This document shows positions 55,601 through 64,000 of a stretch of 64,000 bases of DNA, piece by piece; position 1 is the first letter of the stretch, and every line of letters starts with the position of its first letter. The stretch covers positions 2,542,001-2,606,000 of the forward strand of contig OZ059896.1 in the NCBI GenBank assembly GCA_964057225.1, given 5' to 3'. Below the pieces are notes generated by a model that was given only the letters and a program-made list of their open reading frames with translations, was not told the origin of the DNA and ran no database searches. This stretch comes from Auanema rhodensis (taxonomy: Eukaryota > Animalia > Nematoda). Both the position numbers and the translations under genes were made by a program.

Positions 55601-58600
55601 ATATGGACATGGAGAATCTAATTTCGAAAATCGCATCTCTTTATCTTTCACGTGAGGCGAGTTACATACCAAGTGCACATCACGTGTACATTTAATTAGC
55701 ATAAATTAAAGTTCACGTAAATTTCAAATTCATGGTTACCATGAACCAATATCAATAAAAATTTGTTTTCAAACTAATATGGACATGGGGAATCTAATTT
55801 TGAAAACCGCATCTCTTTATCTTTCAAGTGAAGCGAGTTACATACCAAGTGCACATCACGTGTACATTTAATTAGCATAAATTAAAGTTCACGTAAATTT
55901 CAAATTCATGGTTACCATGAACCAATATCAATAAAAATTTGTTTTTAGACTAATATGGACATGGGGAATCTAATTTTGAAAACCGCATCTCTTTATCTTT
56001 CAAGTGAAGCGAGTTACATACCTAGTGCACATCACGTGTACATTTAATTAGCATAAATTAAAGTTCACGTAAATTTCAAATTCATGGTTACCATGAACCA
56101 ATATCAATAAAAATTTGTTTTCAAACTAATATGGACATGGGGATTCTAATTTTGAAAACCGCATCTCTTTATCTTTCACGTGAAGCGAGTTACATACCTA
56201 GTGCACATCACGTGTACATTTAATTAGCATAAATTAAAGTTCACGTAAATTTCAAAGTCATGGTTACCATGCACCAATATTAATAAAAATTTGTTTTTAG
56301 ACTAATATGGACATGGGGAATCTAATTTTGAAAACCGCATCTCTTTATCTTTCACGTGAAGCGAGTTACATACCAAGTTCACATCACGTGTACACTTAAT
56401 TAGCATAAATTAAAGTTCACGTAAATTTCAAAGTCATGGTTACCATGCACCAATATCAATAAAAATTTGTTTTTAGACTAATATGGACATGGGGAATCTA
56501 ATTTTGAAAACCGCATCTCTTTATCTTTCACGTGAAGCGAGTTACATACCAAGTGCACATCACGTGTACATTTAATTAGCATAAATTAAAGTTCACGTAA
56601 ATTTCAAAGTCATGGTTACCATGAACCAATATCAATAAAAATTTGTTTTTAGACTAATATGGACATGGGGAATCTAATTTTGAAAACTGCATCTCTTTAT
56701 CTTTCACGTGAAGCGAGTTACATACCAAGTGCACATCACGTGTACATTTAATTAGCATAAATTAAAGTTCATGTAAATTTCAAAGTCATGGTTACCATGC
56801 ACCAATATCAATAAAAGTTTGTTTTTAGACTAATATGGACATGGGGAATCTAATTTTGAGAACCGCATCTCTTTATCTTTCACGTGAAGCGAGTTACATA
56901 TAAAGTGCACATCACGTGTACATTTAATTAGCATAAATTAAAGTTCACGTAAGTTTCAAAGTCATGGTTACCATGAACCAATATCAATAAAAATTTGTTT
57001 TTAGACTAATATGGACATGGGGAATCTAATTTTGAAAACCGCATCTCTTTATCTTTCACGTGAAGCGAGTTACATACCAAGTGCACATCACGTGTACATT
57101 TAATTAGCATAAATTAAAGTTCACGTAAATTTCAAAGTCATGGTTACCATGAACCAATATCAATAAAAATTTGTTTTTAAACTAATATGGACATGGGGAA
57201 TCTAATTTTTAAAACCGCATTTCTTTATCTTTCAAGTGAAGCGAGTTACATACCAAGTGCACATCACGTGTACATTTAATTAGCATAAATTAAAGTTCAC
57301 GTAAATTTCAAAGTCATGGTTACCATGAACCAATATCAATAAAAATTTGTTTTTAGACTAATATGGACATGGGGAATCTAATTTTGAAAACTGCATCTCT
57401 TTATCTTTCACGTGAAGCGAGTTACATACCAAGTGCACATCACGTGTACATTTAATTAGCATAAATTAAAGTTCATGTAAATTTCAAAGTCATGGTTACC
57501 ATGCACCAATATCAATAAAAGTTTGTTTTTAGACTAATATGGACATGGGGAATCTAATTTTGAGAACCGCATCTCTTTATCTTTCACGTGAAGCGAGTTA
57601 CATATAAAGTGCACATCACGTGTACATTTAATTAGCATAAATTAAAGTTCACGTAAGTTTCAAAGTCATGGTTACCATGAACCAATATCAATAAAAATTT
57701 GTTTTCAAACTAATATGGACATGGGGAATCTAATTTTGAAAACCACATCTCTTTATCTTTCACGTGAAGCGAGTTACATACCAAGTGCACATCACGTGTA
57801 CATTTAATTAGCATAAATTAAAGTTCACGTAAATTTCAAAGTCATGGTTACCATGAACCAATATCAATAAAAATTTGTTTTTAAACTAATATGGACATGG
57901 GGATTCTAATTTTGAAAACCGCATCTCTTTATCTTTCACGTGAAGCGAGTTACATACCTAGTGCACATCACGTGTACATTTAATTAGCATAAATTAAAGT
58001 TCACGTAAATTTCAAAGTCATGGTTACCATGAACCAATATCAATAAAAATTTGTTTTTAGACTAATTTGGACATGGGGATTCTAATTTTGAAAACCGCAT
58101 CTCTTTATCTTTCACGTGAAGCGAGTTACATACCTAGTGCACATCACGTGTACATTTAATTAGCATAAATTAAAGTTCACGTAAATTTCAAAGTCATGGT
58201 TACCATGAACCAATATCAATAAAAATTTGTTTTTAAACTAATATGGACATGGGGAATCTAATTTTGAAAACCGCATCTCTTTATCTTTCACGTGAAGCGA
58301 GTTACATACCTAGTGCACATCACGTGTACATTTAATTAGCATAACTTAAAGTTCACGTAAATTTCAAAGTCATGGTTACCATGCACCAATATCAATAAAA
58401 ATTTGTTTTCAAACTAATATGGACATGGGGATTCTAATTTTGAAAACCGCATCTCTTTATCTTTCACGTGAAGCGAGTTACATACCAAGTGCACATCACG
58501 TGTACATTTAATTAGCATAAATTAAAGTTCACGTAAAATTCAAAGTCATGGTTACCATGCACCAATATCAATAAAATTTTGTTTTTAGACTAATATGGAC

Positions 58601-61600
58601 ATGGGGAATCTAATTTTGAAAACCGCATCTCTTTATCTTTCACGTGAAGCGAGTTACATACCAAGTGCACATCACGTGTACATTTAATTAGCATAAATTA
58701 AAGTTCACGTAAATTTCAAACTCATGGTTACCATGCACCAATATCAATAAAAATTTGTTTTTAGACTAATATGGACATGGAGAATCTAATTTCGAAAATC
58801 GCATCTCTTTATCTTTCACGTGAGGCGAGTTACATACCAAGTGCACATCACGTGTACATTTAATTAGCATAAATTAAAGTTCACGTAAATTTCAAAGTCA
58901 TGGTTACCATGAACCAATATCAATAAAAATTTGTTTTTAGACTAATATGGACATGGGGAATCTAATTTTGAAAACCGCATCTCTTTATCTTTCAAGTGAA
59001 GCGAGTTACATACCAAGTGCACATCACGTGTACATTTAATTAGCATAAATTAAAGTTCACGTAAATTTCAAATTCATGGTTACCATGAACCAATATCAAT
59101 AAAAATTTGTTTTCAAACTAATATGGACATGGGGATTCTAATTTTGAAAACCGCATCTCTTTATCTTTCACGTGAAGCGAGTTACATACCTAGTGCACAT
59201 CACGTGTACATTTAATTAGCATAAATTAAAGTTCACGTAAATTTCAAAGTCATGGTTACCATGCACCAATATTAATAAAAATTTGTTTTTAGACTAATAT
59301 GGACATGGGGAATCTAATTTTGAAAACCGCATCTCTTTATCTTTCACGTGAAGCGAGTTACATACCAAGTGCACATCACGTGTACACTTAATTAGCATAA
59401 ATTAAAGTTCACGTAAATTTCAAAGTCATGGTTACCATGCACCAATATCAATAAAAATTTGTTTTTAGACTAATATGGACATGGGGAATCTAATTTTAAA
59501 AACCGCATCTCTTTATCTTTCACGTGAAGCGAGTTACATACCAAGTGCACATCACGTGTACATTTAATTAGCATAAATTAAAGTTCACGTAAATTTCAAA
59601 GTCATGGTTACCATGAACCAATATCAATAAAAATTTGTTTTTAGACTAATATGGACATGGGGAATCTAATTTTGAAAACTGCATCTCTTTATCTTTCACG
59701 TGAAGCGAGTTACATACCAAGTGCACATCACGTGTACATTTAATTAGCATAAATTAAAGTTCATGTAAATTTCAAAGTCATGGTTACCATGCACCAATAT
59801 CAATAAAAGTTTGTTTTTAGACTAATATGGACATGGGAAATCTAATTTTGAGAACCGCATCTCTTTATCTTTCACGTGAAGCGAGTTACATATAAAGTGC
59901 ACATCACGTGTACATTTAATTAGCATAAATTAAAGTTCACGTAAGTTTCAAAGTCATGGTTACCATGAACCAATATCAATAAAAATTTGTTTTTAGACTA
60001 ATATGGACATGGGGAATCTAATTTTGAAAACCGCATCTCTTTATCTTTCACGTGAAGCGAGTTACATACCAAGTGCACATCACGTGTACATTTAATTAGC
60101 ATAAATTAAAGTTCACGTAAATTTCAAAGTCATGGTTACCATGAACCAATATCAATAAAAATTTGTTTTTAAACTAATATGGACATGGGGAATCTAATTT
60201 TTAAAACCGCATTTCTTTATCTTTCAAGTGAAGCGAGTTACATACCAAGTGCACATCACGTGTACATTTAATTAGCATAAATTAAAGTTCACGTAAATTT
60301 CAAAGTCATGGTTACCATGAACCAATATCAATAAAAATTTGTTTTTAGACTAATATGGACATGGGGAATCTAATTTTGAAAACTGCATCTCTTTATCTTT
60401 CACGTGAAGCGAGTTACATACCAAGTGCACATCACGTGTACATTTAATTAGCATAAATTAAAGTTCATGTAAATTTCAAAGTCATGGTTACCATGCACCA
60501 ATATCAATAAAAGTTTGTTTTTAGACTAATATGGACATGGGGAATCTAATTTTGAGAACCGCATCTCTTTATCTTTCACGTGAAGCGAGTTACATATAAA
60601 GTGCACATCACGTGTACATTTAATTAGCATAAATTAAAGTTCACGTAAGTTTCAAAGTCATGGTTACCATGAACCAATATCAATAAAAATTTGTTTTTAG
60701 ACTAATATGGACATGGGGAATCTAATTTTGAAAACCGCATCTCTTTATCTTTCACGTGAAGCGAGTTACATACCAAGTGCACATCACGTGTACATTTAAT
60801 TAGCATAAATTAAAGTTCACGTAAATTTCAAAGTCATGGTTACCATGAACCAATATCAATAAAAATTTGTTTTTAAACTAATATGGACATGGGGAATCTA
60901 ATTTTTAAAACCGCATTTCTTTATCTTTCAAGTGAAGCGAGTTACATACCAAGTGCACATCACGTGTACATTTAATTAGCATAAATTAAAGTTCACGTAA
61001 AGTTCAAAGTCATGGTTACCATGAACCAATATCAATAAAAATTTGTTTTCAAACTAATATGGACATGGGGATTCTAATTTTGAAAACCGCATCTCTTTAT
61101 CTTTCACGTGAAGCGAGTTACATACCTAGTGCACATCACGTGTACATTTAATTAGCATAAATTAAAGTTCACGTAAATTTCAAAGTCATGGTTACCATGA
61201 ACCAATATCAATAAAAATTTGTTTTTAGACTAATTTGGACATGGGGAATCTAATTTTGAAAACCGCATCTCTTTATCTTTCAAGTGAAGCGAGTTACATA
61301 CCAAGTGCACATCACGTGTACATTTAATTAGCATAAATTAAAGTTCACGTAAATTTCAAAGTCATGGTTACCATGAACCAATATCAATAAAAATTTGTTT
61401 TTAAACTAATATGGACATGGGGAATCTAATTTTGAAAACCGCATCTTTTTATCTTTCACGTGAAGCGAGTTACATACCTAGTGCACATCACGTGTACATT
61501 TAATTAGCATAAGTTAAAGTTCACGTAAATTTCAAAGTCATGGTTACCATGAACCAATATCAATAAAAATTTGTTTTTAGACTAATATGGACATGGGGAA

Positions 61601-63120
61601 TCTAATTTTGAAAACCGCATCTCTTTATCTTTCACGTGAAGCGAGTTACATATAAAGTGCACATCACGTGTACATTTAATTAGCATAAATTAAAGTTCAC
61701 GTAAATTTCAAAGTCATGGTTACCATGAACCAATATCAATAAAAATTTGTTTTTAAACTAATATGGACATGGGGATTCTAATTTTGAAAACCGCATCTCT
61801 TTATCTTTCACGTGAAGCGAGTTACATACCTAGTGCACATCACGTGTACATTTAATTAGCATAAATTAAAGTTCACGTAAATTTCAAAGTCATGGTTACC
61901 ATGAACCAATATCAATAAAAATTTGTTTTTAGACTAATTTGGACATGGGGATTCTAATTTTGAAAACCGCATCTCTTTATCTTTCACGTGAAGCGAGTTA
62001 CATACCTAGTGCACATCACGTGTACATTTAATTAGCATAAATTAAAGTTCACGTAAATTTCAAAGTCATGGTTACCATGAACCAATATCAATAAAAATTT
62101 GTTTTTAAACTAATATGGACATGGGGAATCTAATTTTGAAAACCGCATCTCTTTATCTTTCACGTGAAGCGAGTTACATACCTAGTGCACATCACGTGTA
62201 CATTTAATTAGCATAACTTAAAGTTCACGTAAATTTCAAAGTCATGGTTACCATGCACCAATATCAATAAAAGTTTGTTTTTAGACTAATATGGACATGG
62301 GGAATCTAATTTTGAGAACCGCATCTCTTTATCTTTCACGTGAAGCGAGTTACATATAAAGTGCACATCACGTGTACATTTAATTAGCATAAATTAAAGT
62401 TCACGTAAATTTCAAAGTCATGGTTACCATGAACCAATATCAATAAAAATTTGTTTTTAGACTAATATGGACATGGGGAATCTACTTTTGAAAACCGCAT
62501 CTCTTTATCTTTCACGTGAAGCGAGTTACATACCAAGTGCACATCACGTGTACATTTAATTAGCATAAATTAAAGTTCACGTAAATTTCAAAGTCATGGT
62601 TACCATGAACCAATATCAATAAAAATTTGTTTTTAAACTAATATGGACATGGGGAATCTAATTTTGAAAACCGCATCTCTTTATCTTTCAAGTGAAGCGA
62701 GTTACATACCAAGTGCACATCACGTGTACATTTAATTAGCATAAATTAAAGTTCACGTAAATTTCAAAGTCATGGTTACCATGAACCAATATCAATAAAA
62801 ATTTGTTTTCAAACTAATATGGACATGGGGATTCTAATTTTGAAAACCGCATCTCTTTATCTTTCACGTGAAGCGAGTTACATACCTAGTGCACATCACG
62901 TGTACATTTAATTAGCATAAATTAAAGTTCACGTAAATTTCAAAGTCATGGTTACCATGAACCAATATCAATAAAAATTTGTTTTTAGACTAATTTGGAC
63001 ATGGGGAATCTAATTTTGAAAACCGCATCTCTTTATCTTTCAAGTGAAGCGAGTTACATACCAAGTGCACATCACGTGTACATTTAATTAGCATAAATTA
63101 AAGTTCACGTAAATTTCAAA
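49670..63120. repeat. About 5.9-kb block duplication at 43-monomer offset (about 49670-55552 vs 57238-63120)
   Basis: Offset 7568 = 43x176 for tctacttttg (54917/62485), ttcgaaaatcg (51223/58791), taattttaaaaa (51923/59491) and ctgcatc (49823/57391). About five mismatches seen by eye. Confidence 0.9.
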
Positions 63121-64000
63121 GTCATGGTTACCATGAACCAATATCAATAAAAATTTGTTTTTAAACTAATATGGACATGGGGAATCTAATTTTGAAAACC
63201 GCATCTTTTTATCTTTCACGTGAAGCGAGTTACATACCTAGTGCACATCACGTGTACATTTAATTAGCATAAGTTAAAGTTCACGTAAATTTCAAAGTCA
63301 TGGTTACCATGAACCAATATCAATAAAAATTTGTTTTTAGACTAATATGGACATGGGGAATCTAATTTTGAAAACCGCATCTCTTTATCTTTCACGTGAA
63401 GCGAGTTACATATAAAGTGCACATCACGTGTACATTTAATTAGCATAAATTAAAGTTCACGTAAATTTCAAAGTCATGGTTACCATGAACCAATATCAAT
63501 AAAAATTTGTTTTTAAACTAATATGGACATGGGGATTCTAATTTTGAAAACCGCATCTCTTTATCTTTCACGTGAAGCGAGTTACATACCTAGTGCACAT
63601 CACGTGTACATTTAATTAGCATAAATTAAAGTTCACGTAAATTTCAAAGTCATGGTTACCATGAACCAATATCAATAAAAATTTGTTTTTAGACTAATTT
63701 GGACATGGGGATTCTAATTTTGAAAACCGCATCTCTTTATCTTTCACGTGAAGCGAGTTACATACCTAGTGCACATCACGTGTACATTTAATTAGCATAA
63801 ATTAAAGTTCACGTAAATTTCAAAGTTATGGTTACCATGAACCAATATCAATAAAAATTTGTTTTTAAACTAATATGGACATGGGGAATCTAATTTTGAA
63901 AACCGCATCTCTTTATCTTTCACGTGAAGCGAGTTACATACCTAGTGCACATCACGTGTACATTTAATTAGCATAACTTAAAGTTCACGTAAATTTCAAA
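61010..64000. repeat. 10-monomer-offset (1760-bp) duplication running off the window end
   Basis: gcatcttttt (61441/63201), aagttaaagt (61511/63271) and gcataactta (62211/63971). Confidence 0.85.

Larger units (their letters stand above)
1..64000. repeat. 176-bp tandem satellite DNA array (363 full monomers + 136-bp partial), putative centromeric/pericentromeric satellite of unrecognised family
   Basis: Consensus ttagactaatatggacatggggaatctaattttgaaaaccgcatctctttatctttcacgtgaagcgagttacataccaagtgcacatcacgtgtacatttaattagcataaattaaagttcacgtaaatttcaaagtcatggttaccatgcaccaatatcaataaaaatttgttt recurs at 1, 177, 353 and onward to 63865. Phase check: a monomer starts at 59641, which equals 1+339x176-24 and matches the 24 single-base deletions counted. 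The satellite call is direct; the centromeric role is inferred from size and homogeneity only. Confidence 0.99.
48377..64000. repeat. Satellite haplotype domain III
   Basis: No deletion monomers. ccatgaacc becomes the majority allele. Other markers are cctagtg, ttcaagtg, aaaactgc, ttcatgta, aaaagtttg, ttgagaacc, catataaagt, actaatttgg, ataactta and tttcgaaaatcg. Confidence 0.85.

Noticed and set aside
1-64000. CRISPR array or cassette array suggested by regularly spaced palindromes
   Set aside because: There are no unique spacers: the full 176 bp is repeated, and no cas or recombinase genes are present.
1-64000. Hidden insertion, inversion or transposon fragment within the array
   Set aside because: None seen on reading, and phase accounting (339x176-24 at 59641) leaves no unexplained length.

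Overview
The whole 64 kb window is one uninterrupted, head-to-tail satellite array with a 176-bp monomer (about 32% GC, 57/176 in the consensus). It holds 363 complete monomers plus a 136-bp partial copy, all in one orientation. Monomers differ from the consensus by only a few substitutions, and the only net length variant is one recurrent 1-bp deletion, seen 24 times. I see no genes, RNA genes, transposon insertions or CRISPR spacers, and the five 60-aa ORFs are by-products of single stop-codon losses. Monomer size, homogeneity and dyad content resemble a eukaryotic centromeric or pericentromeric satellite, but I do not recognise the family or species. Two kinds of structure stand out. First, each monomer is dense in palindromes and has three CACGT(G/A) boxes spaced 32-33 bp apart. 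Second, diagnostic SNPs divide the array into three haplotype domains (about 1-19.0 kb, 19.0-48.4 kb and 48.4-64 kb), each built from nested, irregular block duplications at offsets of 2 to 92 monomers rather than one fixed higher-order repeat. All comparisons were made by eye and need computational confirmation.
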